Source of the DNA: Methylophaga frappieri
Lineage (GTDB): Bacteria; Pseudomonadota; Gammaproteobacteria; Nitrosococcales; Methylophagaceae
NCBI RefSeq assembly: GCF_000260965.1
Contig: NC_017856.1
Location: 180,001 to 212,000, forward strand
Direction of reading: 5' to 3'
Length of the DNA: 32,000 nt
The position numbers and the translations under genes are program-made. The notes under the pieces are model-generated. The model was not told the origin of the DNA. It did not search any database and worked only from the letters and a program-made list of their open reading frames with translations. The number at the start of each line of letters is the position of its first letter. The first letter of the stretch is position 1. This document shows positions 1-7,473 of the stretch, piece after piece.

Positions 1-55
1 TTATTTGCACCACTTGTTCGATTGAATCGGCTTGTTTCAATGCGGTTGAAATCAT
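1..55 (-). CDS. 5' end of an unidentified CDS running off the left edge (MISTALKQADSIEQVVQI...)
   Basis: ATG at 55-53 has a GAGGGGGA Shine-Dalgarno (complement of 64-71) 8 nt upstream. The frame stays open to the window edge. Only 18 codons are visible, so no product call is possible. Confidence 0.3.
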   Translation of the reverse strand, partial: MISTALKQADSIEQVVQI

Positions 56-175
56 ACGTGGCTTCCCCCTCAGTTGATACGGATTCTTTAGGTGATATCT
101 CAGCTGTCATCTAGAAAGAGTTGGGGGCGCTGCGGTATTTTCAACCCCGTTGGTTAAAAACGGACCGCCATTAGT

Positions 176-799
176 ATGGCTAACACGGTAAGATGGCATG
201 GCCAAATAACAGGAAAATCCGTGCAAAAAATCAGCCGCTTTATCAAATGCTTGATGTATTCAAGGCATATGCTTTGGGGCGTTGCTTTCGCTTCTTTTCT
301 GGAGTCTTTGATTGTCCCGATTCCATTGGAAGCCATTCTACTGCCATTAATGCAAGCGAGACGTGACCGACTCTGGTTAATCAGTTTAATGGCTTTGTTT
401 GGCTGCCTGCTGGGTGCCATGACGGGCTATCTTGTCGGGTATTATTTATTTGGTCTGGTCGGCGATTATGTGATTGGCTTGTTGTCATCTCCAGCGCAAT
501 TTCTCACCGTTAGCAACGCCATGCACGATCAGGGTTTCTGGTTTGTATTCAGCGTTGGTGTGACCCCTATTCCGTTTCAAATTGCTATGCTCGCTGCTGG
601 CGTCACCGGGTTCAGTTTCACGCTCTATTTACTGGCGACTTTGTTAGCGCGTGGTATTCGATATTTTGGCCTGGGCCTATTAGTGTGGTTATTTGGCAAT
701 CGCGCCCAGCGCCTGTTTGAGCGGAATAAACTCAAAGCATCTATCACGCTATTGGCGCTGATTGCAGGTATTTGGCTTACTGTTTATTTATTAAGATAA
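176..799 (+). CDS. YqaA/DedA (VTT-domain) family inner-membrane protein
   Basis: 207-aa ORF with multiple TM helices. The motif FLESLIVPIPLEAILLPL...G..GY..G is typical of the DedA/YqaA family. The start is uncertain: in-frame ATGs at 254 and 269 are alternatives and none has a strong SD. Confidence 0.7.
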   Translation: MANTVRWHGQITGKSVQKISRFIKCLMYSRHMLWGVAFASFLESLIVPIPLEAILLPLMQARRDRLWLISLMALFGCLLGAMTGYLVGYYLFGLVGDYVIGLLSSPAQFLTVSNAMHDQGFWFVFSVGVTPIPFQIAMLAAGVTGFSFTLYLLATLLARGIRYFGLGLLVWLFGNRAQRLFERNKLKASITLLALIAGIWLTVYLLR

Positions 800-803
800 C
801 ACT

Positions 804-1334
804 TTAACCTTCTGATTTATTTGACAATATGGATTGCGATAATTGCCAGTCAGGACGAATATAGTGGCAGGTATAGCCCATCGGGTAATGGACAAGATAA
901 TCCTGGTGCTCTGGTTCCGCTTCCCAAAAATCGCCAGCGGGTGATAGTTCAGTCACCACTGGGCCTGGCCATAATCCAGATTGATTCACTGCGGCAATCA
1001 CATATTGGGCATCGGCCGCTTGCTCGGCATTCAAATAGAAAATCGCTGAACGGTAACTCTGCCCCCTATCATTCCCCTGCTGATTTAACGTTGTCGGGTC
1101 ATGAATTTGGAAAAAAAAGGCCAATAATTGCCGGTAACTAAGCAAGTCGGGATCAAAGATAATTTCAATCGCCTCGGCGTGGGTACCATGGTTTCGGTAG
1201 GTCGCATTGGCAACGTCACCACCACTGTAACCCACTCGAGAGTCAATCACACCGGGCAATTTTCGAATCAGGTCTTGCATTCCCCAAAAGCAACCACCGG
1301 CCAATATGGCACGCTCTGTTTTTTGCATAATCAT
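804..1334 (-). CDS. msrA: peptide-methionine (S)-S-oxide reductase
   Basis: Catalytic GCFWG motif near the N-terminus and full-length MsrA-like sequence (VGYSGG...[12 protein letters not shown]...[23 protein letters not shown]). Confidence 0.93.
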   Translation of the reverse strand: MIMQKTERAILAGGCFWGMQDLIRKLPGVIDSRVGYSGGDVANATYRNHGTHAEAIEIIFDPDLLSYRQLLAFFFQIHDPTTLNQQGNDRGQSYRSAIFYLNAEQAADAQYVIAAVNQSGLWPGPVVTELSPAGDFWEAEPEHQDYLVHYPMGYTCHYIRPDWQLSQSILSNKSEG

Positions 1335-1409
1335 TGTTCTCCTTGCTAACGCTATTTATCGGTTTAGTTTTAACAGACAAACCATCATGATCAAAATTAC
1401 AGCTTGCTC

Positions 1410-1438
1410 AAAAAAACCAGCCACCAAAAGGTGGCAGG
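1410..1438 (-). terminator. intrinsic terminator on the minus strand, about 75 nt upstream of the msrA start
   Basis: On the minus strand it reads CCUGCCACC-UUUU-GGUGGCUGG followed by seven U. The stem is a 6-bp perfect GC-rich run plus 2 more bp across one mismatch. Confidence 0.6.
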
Positions 1439-1796
1439 GCCTAAGAGGAAAATCGGCGGCCAGTCAAAGTTATTGGCATTAGTGCCGAAATCACCGATCG
1501 TAAACGGACCGAACCGGTTGGACTCTGGGTTGGCAACCAGCATTGCGAATCGCATCACAGAAAAATTGCACAACGCACCAAACGGCGAACTACATCATTT
1601 CCGGATGACTACATCCGATGCCGCCGACGATGAAAAACTTATCTTTGTGATACAGGATGCACGACAGGACCTGACGCCAACTAGTCTTATTTTTACTTTT
1701 TAAACATAATTTTATTACATACTATTAAAGTAAATAGTTATATTTAAACGCCGTGACTGTCATGGCAGATGCGGATGAGTTCGGCCTGCTGGCGTA

Positions 1797-2777
1797 TTAA
1801 TGACGATTTTTATTAACGAGTTCTGAAGGCGTGATGTGAAACTGTTTTTTAAAGGCATTAATGAAGTTGGATGCGTGATTATATCCGGCAATATAAGCAG
1901 CTTCGCCAATGGTTTTTTTATCAATGAGCAGGGCCTTTTTTGCCATCTCCAATCGGCGCTGCCGACAATAATGATTGACTGTCATCCCATAAGCCGCCTT
2001 GAACCTTCGCTGTAATGTGCTGACACTCAGGCCAAGTTTGACAGCCATTTCTGAAAGCGAGTCCATTGTTAAGAGTAATTCATCAATCCGTTGCTTAAGT
2101 TGTTTATCTGATTCAGATTTATAGGCTTTAAGTTGAGGGTTAGTTTGTGGTTTGTGAATGATTATCTTCGCTAACCGTTCAAGACTTTCAGTGACAATCT
2201 GGAAAGCTAGCGAAGCTCTTTGCAGCTCATATGAAAGACCATTCTGACCACACAGGGCAAAGAATTGATGGGTTAACTGAAGGATATGGCTCGAAACTGG
2301 CCAGGTATGAAACACAGCATGATGGGCGAATAAACGTTCAAGTAGTGTTATATCCTCGTCAGTTTGAGCCTGCCTTTCCAGCCAGTCACGTTCAACAAAC
2401 ACATTTAATTTCGCCACCTGCATGCCTTTTTTAAAATGCCGGCTCAAAATTTCTGGCTGGTTTAACACAAAGGCGGAGCACTCCCCATCCTTACCAGAAG
2501 CGCCTAACTGATAATGTTTTTCTCCAAGAGAAAATGACACCTGACCTTGCAGTAAAATAGTAAAACTAATTGCCGGTGGTAATTCAACAAAGCTGGTACG
2601 GTCATACATTTCCACCATATTGCCCGCATGAACAGACAAGCCTGCTTGCGTAAACCGGTGATGAAACAGACCTTTGAGCACAATTTGATCGTGATCTAAA
2701 TCTTTCGAAAACACATTGAAGTGGGTGCTCATCTGTTGCAGATCAGCATAGCGAATAGCATTGTCTTTTTCGATCAC
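1797..2777 (-). CDS. AraC-family transcriptional regulator (PchR/YbtA-like position next to a TonB-dependent receptor)
   Basis: C-terminal AraC HTH pair (LSVSTLQRRFKAAYGMTVNHYCRQRRLEMAKKALL...IGEAAYIAGYNHASNFINAFKKQFHITPSE). GTG start preceded by GGGGGA. Divergent from the receptor gene at 3050. Confidence 0.9.
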   Translation of the reverse strand: MIEKDNAIRYADLQQMSTHFNVFSKDLDHDQIVLKGLFHHRFTQAGLSVHAGNMVEMYDRTSFVELPPAISFTILLQGQVSFSLGEKHYQLGASGKDGECSAFVLNQPEILSRHFKKGMQVAKLNVFVERDWLERQAQTDEDITLLERLFAHHAVFHTWPVSSHILQLTHQFFALCGQNGLSYELQRASLAFQIVTESLERLAKIIIHKPQTNPQLKAYKSESDKQLKQRIDELLLTMDSLSEMAVKLGLSVSTLQRRFKAAYGMTVNHYCRQRRLEMAKKALLIDKKTIGEAAYIAGYNHASNFINAFKKQFHITPSELVNKNRH

Positions 2778-2945
2778 ACGTCCCCCTTGTCCTGCTTAAG
2801 TCGGTTGATGGCATAAAAAATCGGTATCGAAAAATTATTCTTATCTGTTGTGATGTTTGAAATCACACACGCATACTGCTCATTTTCAATAACAAACTGA
2901 TGTTTTTTCATAATTTATTCGGGAACTTTTTACTTAGACATATTA

Positions 2946-2970
2946 TATAATAATAATGATTTGCATTTAC
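2946..2970. promoter_or_regulatory. candidate Fur box in the araC/receptor divergent promoter region
   Basis: TATAATAATAATGATTTGCATTTAC. The segment 2952-2970 matches 13/19 of the GATAATGATAATCATTATC consensus and contains tandem NATWAT hexamers. It lies about 80 nt upstream of the receptor ATG. Confidence 0.5.
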
Positions 2971-3049
2971 ATGTAATCCCCCAAAACTTATTTGTCTAGC
3001 GCTCAACCGGTTACCTGCCACGTTGAGACCTAACCCCGAAGGATATGCT

Positions 3050-5092
3050 ATGAAAAAACGCTTCCTGACCGTCGCTATTTGTGCCTGCATCAGTGCACAA
3101 GCCGGCGCAGAAACTCAAACTTCTTCCTCTGATGATAACCGTGTTCAGCTCAGCAATATCACGGTACAGGGTGAAAAGCAGACCCGTTCCTTAAAAGAAA
3201 CCACTTCATCCGTATCGGTTATCGATGCAGAGGTCTTAAAAACCACCCAATATCGTACTTTACGAGATGTCATCACCGCTGTACCAAACGTACTCGCTCC
3301 AACCGGCGTGGTGCCAAATGTGCGTGGTGTCACTGGTAACGGTGCAGCAGGTGGTTTCAATGCTGTGAGTGGTGGTGCGAGCTCTCGATTTACGACCTTG
3401 GTTGATGGTGTCGTTCAACCTTTTATTGCTGACTTTACGGGTGATTCCGGCCTTTGGGATATTAAGCAAGTTGAGGTTTTCCGAGGACCACAATCGACCA
3501 ATAACGGTCGCAACAGTATTGCCGGCGCTATGTATATTGAGACGGCTGACCCTACTTTTGATTGGGAAGGCAAAGTCCGTTTAGGCTATCGAAATAATGA
3601 GCGTTATTTTGATAAGGCGATCATGTTGAATGGCCCTATCATTGAAGATACCTTGGCATTTCGCTTTGCCGGGCAATTAATTGATGGTCAAACCGATACC
3701 AGTAATGAGCCTGTGGCTTCGAACCCTACCAGTATTGATTTAAATGAGCTGGATACGATGCAAGGTCGCGCCAAATTATTGTGGACGCCGACAGATAACC
3801 TGGAATTCATGTTTACCCATTCTCGCTATGATGAAGAAGGCGATGCGGGTCGTCGGTACTTTGAAGACACCCAGACAGAGGGCTATTACAAAACCTTCTT
3901 CCGTGACATGGATACAGAAAACGTCACTAATAGTTTAGACGTTCACTATCGACTGAATGAAGCGACTTCATTTGATTTTCAGATCGCGATGGTTGATTAC
4001 CAGTTCGCTTTTGAAACCTATCAGGCAAACCCTGCTGCGACGCAAATTTTGGATATCGATGAGCGGAGCAAAACCTTTGACGCGCGTATTAATTTTGGCG
4101 AAAACAACCAGAGCTTAAATGGTTTCCTGGGATTTGCTTATTACGATCGTGATCAAGATATTGATAGCACTGGCGGCTCAGTATATAGCGGTGATGATAC
4201 GACTGACTCTAAAGCCGTTTATGGTGAGATCAATTTTGGGCTGACCGAGCGTTTAATCCTGACAGCTGGGTTGCGTTATCAGGATGAATCGCAAGATCGT
4301 GACTTTACCTTTGCCGGTTCGCCTTACAACCTAAAAGAAGATGACAGTATTTTACTTCCGAAAGCGGCATTGCAATATGATCTCACGGAAGAAACCCGCG
4401 TTGGTATCAGTGCCACGAAAGGTTATAACTCTGGCGGGGGTGCCCTTTCTATCACAAATGATGACTACTACTACTTTGACGAAGAAGAGGTCAATACCTA
4501 CGAAGTCTTTGCTCGGACCAGTTTCGACCAAAATCGTTATACCTTGCGTGCAAACGTGTTCTTTAATGATTTTGATGGGTATCAAGGTCAAAATGCAGCA
4601 CGTCGAGTGGTTAATGTCGACAAGGTTGAAACCTATGGCGCTGAAATCGAAGGCACGGCTTGGGTCACAGACAGTTTGGAAATGCGTTTGGGTGTTGGCC
4701 TGCTTCACACTGAAATCAAGAAAGGTGGCGATGAATTCGCCGGTCTTGATGGCAATGAGTTGAATGATGCACCACGTCGCACGGCTAACCTTGCTGCCAC
4801 ATACTACGTGAATGAAAACTTCGACTTTGGCGGTAATATTCACTATACCGGCGGCTACTACGGTGATGTCGATAATACCAAAGCACGTGAAATCAGTGGC
4901 TTTTCTCTGATCAATTTACGCGCTAATTATCGTATTGGTGATTTGGAATTATCTGCCTTTGTCAACAACATTACAGATAAACGTGCACGTCGACTTTATG
5001 AACCAGCAAATCCACCGCGTACCCCAGTACCTTATGCTGACTTCGTAGAACCGCGTCATGTTGGTATTTCAGCAACCTATACTTTCCTCTAA
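3050..5092 (+). CDS. TonB-dependent outer-membrane receptor (no N-terminal signalling domain)
   Basis: ATG at 3050 has an AAGGA SD. Signal peptide MKKRFLTVAICACISAQAGA. Plug domain (ITVQGEK...SVSVID...VPNVRG...IKQVEVFRGPQSTNNGRNSIAGAMYI) followed by a beta-barrel through to the C-terminal TYTFL. Confidence 0.92.
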   Translation: MKKRFLTVAICACISAQAGAETQTSSSDDNRVQLSNITVQGEKQTRSLKETTSSVSVIDAEVLKTTQYRTLRDVITAVPNVLAPTGVVPNVRGVTGNGAAGGFNAVSGGASSRFTTLVDGVVQPFIADFTGDSGLWDIKQVEVFRGPQSTNNGRNSIAGAMYIETADPTFDWEGKVRLGYRNNERYFDKAIMLNGPIIEDTLAFRFAGQLIDGQTDTSNEPVASNPTSIDLNELDTMQGRAKLLWTPTDNLEFMFTHSRYDEEGDAGRRYFEDTQTEGYYKTFFRDMDTENVTNSLDVHYRLNEATSFDFQIAMVDYQFAFETYQANPAATQILDIDERSKTFDARINFGENNQSLNGFLGFAYYDRDQDIDSTGGSVYSGDDTTDSKAVYGEINFGLTERLILTAGLRYQDESQDRDFTFAGSPYNLKEDDSILLPKAALQYDLTEETRVGISATKGYNSGGGALSITNDDYYYFDEEEVNTYEVFARTSFDQNRYTLRANVFFNDFDGYQGQNAARRVVNVDKVETYGAEIEGTAWVTDSLEMRLGVGLLHTEIKKGGDEFAGLDGNELNDAPRRTANLAATYYVNENFDFGGNIHYTGGYYGDVDNTKAREISGFSLINLRANYRIGDLELSAFVNNITDKRARRLYEPANPPRTPVPYADFVEPRHVGISATYTFL

Positions 5093-5114
5093 GAAACCGA
5101 TAGTGGAAAAGAAC

Positions 5115-5147
5115 AAAAGCAGCCGTTAACGCGGCTGCTTTTATTTT
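5115..5147 (+). terminator. intrinsic terminator after the receptor gene
   Basis: GCAGCCG-ttaacg-CGGCUGC, a 7-bp stem extended by A/U pairs, followed by TTTTATTTT. Confidence 0.75.
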
Positions 5148-5159
5148 AGTGAGCCAAAA

Positions 5160-5435
5160 ATGTCTCTATTTGCTTACCTCGCTCTGTTGTTAGCCCTCGT
5201 TGGCAGTGTTTTTATCTATCTCGCCTCAAAACATCAACTCTGGCTAGAATCAACCTGGTCACCAGTATGGCTTAGACGCGGCGGCTGGCTGTTATTCACT
5301 ATCAGTCTGATTCTGTTGATTGCGGCGATGCAGACTGTCGCCGCTATTTTTGTCTTGATGACCTGGATCATGCTGATGCTGTTTTTATTTCCTTATATTG
5401 GCGTATGGAAATCGATTAGGAAAACACGTCGATGA
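5160..5435 (+). CDS. small 3-TM membrane protein, DUF3325-like (family assignment from memory)
   Basis: 91 aa and hydrophobic. The pattern ...KHQ...W.LRRGGWLLFTISL... and its position next to a PepSY-TM gene fit DUF3325. The stop overlaps the next start (ATGA at 5432-5435). Confidence 0.6.
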   Translation: MSLFAYLALLLALVGSVFIYLASKHQLWLESTWSPVWLRRGGWLLFTISLILLIAAMQTVAAIFVLMTWIMLMLFLFPYIGVWKSIRKTRR

Positions 5436-5713
5436 AAGCAAAAACTGAACCTATGCGTAACGATTGGCTATCGAAAACCTTAGCTGGATTAATACTTGGC
5501 TTTTTTATAGCGCTCGCCACAACCGGCCTGATTTATTTACTGCCATTGAAGATACGCATTAGCGCAGAAGCACAATTAATCATGTGGTTATTGCCGCCGA
5601 TCTGGTTAACGATTCTCAGTACCTGTTTTTTGTTTCGCTCTGGATTACGTGCTTGGCTATGGCTAACGGGTGCGAATATCATTTTGTTCGCCATTTACTT
5701 TTTGTTCAAATAA
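5432..5713 (+). CDS. small 3-TM membrane protein (possibly DUF3649-like)
   Basis: 93-aa hydrophobic ORF, translationally coupled to the upstream gene by a 4-nt overlap, ending 17 nt before the PepSY gene. Confidence 0.55.
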   Translation: MKAKTEPMRNDWLSKTLAGLILGFFIALATTGLIYLLPLKIRISAEAQLIMWLLPPIWLTILSTCFLFRSGLRAWLWLTGANIILFAIYFLFK

Positions 5714-5730
5714 GTCTGAGAGCCTTACCT

Positions 5731-7398
5731 ATGAAAGTAAACGCTGACGTTATTCGCATCTACAAATCTGTTCATACTTGGGTTGGTATTATTAGTGGTA
5801 TGGCACTCTTTATCGCCTTTTATGCCGGTTCGCTGACTATCTTTAAAGACACCCTTACAGACTGGGCAACGCCACCAATTGAATCGGCTGAGATCACGCC
5901 CTTGGCAGAAATGCCTGATTTCATTGCACGCATTATTGCGGCAGAACCCGAAGCTACAGGGACATTATTAGTCAGCCTGGACCCGGAAGTGCAACATACC
6001 CATCAAGTTCTGTGGATGGTGGAAGATGAAAATGCGGGTGATCATGATGTTTCGGCGAATCGATATTACACGGCTCACCTCAATACGAATGACGAATTAA
6101 TAACTGAAGAAGTCCACCCCGCCCCCGTCGCCGATTTTATTGATACCTTACATCGTGTGGTCGGTTTGCCGGTAGACAGTGATCCTAATCGCTGGATCAT
6201 GGGGATTTTTTCAGGTCTGTATGCCTTAGCATTGGTCTCTGGTCTGATTATCCTGTTGCCAATTCTGGTGAAAGAATTATTCGCTTTCCGTTTGGGCAGA
6301 AAACCAAAACGGGTCTGGTTGGATGCGCATAATGTGGTCGGCGTCACCAGCCTGCCCTTTCATATCATCATGGTTTGTACGGCCTTTGTTTTTGCTTACC
6401 ATGACTTATTGTATGGCGCACAAAACGAGTTCATTCATGATGGCAAAATCCGTGAGGCGTTTTTTGCGGATGCCCCCAAACCAGTCACCGGACAATCAAC
6501 CAATCCAGCAGAGATGGTTTCTACAGAAAAGCTAATCGCCACTGCTCAAGCCTTATCACCTAACTTTAAGCCTTATCAGATCGAATTCACCGCATTGACA
6601 ACACCGCGAGCCAGTGTCCGCATATGGGGACACGATGATAAGGCAATAGCGCCAAGGCATCCTGGTGGGTTTGTTGCCATTAACCCCTATAGTGGTGAGG
6701 TGCAATCAACTGAATATTTGCCTGGTAAGCAGAGTGGTGGCATGGTCGCGGTAAGTAGTTTCTTCGCACTCCATTTTGCCACCTATGGCGGTTCCCCGAT
6801 TCGTTGGGCTTATTTTATCCTTGGCCTTGCTGGTGCCTGGTTATTCTATACCGGCAATTTATTATGGTTAGAAAACCGGCGTAAAAGACAAAAAGCAAAA
6901 GAACCCGACCCCGTTCAGCGCAAAGATGTCACTATCCTGGCTATACTGACCGTCGGCGTCTGTCTTGGCAGTGTTTGTGGCATATCCTTAATGTTAGCCA
7001 CGACTAAGTGGTTATCGGGGCAATCTATCGCTGTGTTTTCCAGCTTTCAATGGGTGTATTACCTGATGTTTTTTGCTGCGATTGGTTGGTCTTTGCTTCG
7101 CGGAGCAGCACGAAGTCTGGTTGATTTATTGTGGTTAGCTACCGTTCTGACAGCCGCGATCCCGCTATCCAGCTTGATTGGTTTAATTGTGCCAGCAACA
7201 GGGTTATGGATGCACACCGAATATAATTTACTTCTGGTTGATGCGATAGCGCTATTAATGGCTGGGGGCTTTGCCACTCTCGCTAAAGCAACGATGCGAC
7301 GCGTCTACCACGGTGAAGCAAGGGATAGTATCTGGGCATACCAGCCAAAACCTATCGAGAAAACGGACACTTTGCAGAATCCGTATTCCATAAAATAA
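5731..7398 (+). CDS. PepSY-associated TM-helix protein (PiuB/FoxB-like putative ferric-siderophore reductase)
   Basis: Start chosen at ATG 5731 (MKVNADVIRIYKSVHTWVGI...). The ORF-track start at 5584 overlaps the upstream gene. Conserved His-containing helices: SVHTWVG, DAHNVVGV..PFHII, FFALHFATYGG. Extra C-terminal multi-TM region. Confidence 0.85.
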   Translation: MKVNADVIRIYKSVHTWVGIISGMALFIAFYAGSLTIFKDTLTDWATPPIESAEITPLAEMPDFIARIIAAEPEATGTLLVSLDPEVQHTHQVLWMVEDENAGDHDVSANRYYTAHLNTNDELITEEVHPAPVADFIDTLHRVVGLPVDSDPNRWIMGIFSGLYALALVSGLIILLPILVKELFAFRLGRKPKRVWLDAHNVVGVTSLPFHIIMVCTAFVFAYHDLLYGAQNEFIHDGKIREAFFADAPKPVTGQSTNPAEMVSTEKLIATAQALSPNFKPYQIEFTALTTPRASVRIWGHDDKAIAPRHPGGFVAINPYSGEVQSTEYLPGKQSGGMVAVSSFFALHFATYGGSPIRWAYFILGLAGAWLFYTGNLLWLENRRKRQKAKEPDPVQRKDVTILAILTVGVCLGSVCGISLMLATTKWLSGQSIAVFSSFQWVYYLMFFAAIGWSLLRGAARSLVDLLWLATVLTAAIPLSSLIGLIVPATGLWMHTEYNLLLVDAIALLMAGGFATLAKATMRRVYHGEARDSIWAYQPKPIEKTDTLQNPYSIK

Positions 7399-7414
7399 TA
7401 AGCCATATCAAAAT

Positions 7415-7462
7415 AACCTGACTGCGATATTGACTAACTGATGTCAATATCGCAGTCAGGTT
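7415..7462. terminator. bidirectional hairpin between convergent genes
   Basis: Perfect 20-bp inverted repeat AACCTGACTGCGATATTGAC / GTCAATATCGCAGTCAGGTT with an 8-nt loop. It lies between the stop codons at 7398 (+) and 7474 (-). Confidence 0.7.
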
Positions 7463-7473
7463 GTGTTAACTTC

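Noticed and set aside
1404-1703. 99-codon plus-strand ORF as a real protein gene
   Set aside because: Its TTG start sits inside the A-tract/hairpin of a minus-strand terminator, it has no SD and I recognise no motif. I kept it only as part of the finding on the unexplained region and did not call it as a CDS.
2908-3090. 60-aa minus-strand ORF spanning the receptor promoter and start region
   Set aside because: It overlaps the Fur-box/promoter region and the receptor signal-peptide codons, so it is a spurious ORF in AT-rich DNA.
4341-4843. 140-aa (+) and 163-aa (-) ORFs inside the first TonB-dependent receptor gene
   Set aside because: They are alternative-frame or antisense ORFs embedded in a confidently identified barrel gene. 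Their low-complexity or odd composition has no recognisable motifs.
5584-5730. ORF-track N-terminal extension of the PepSY-TM gene (start at 5584)
   Set aside because: It overlaps the preceding small membrane gene in another frame for 130 nt. The ATG at 5731 gives the typical PepSY-TM N-terminus (MKVNADVIRIYKSVHTWVG).
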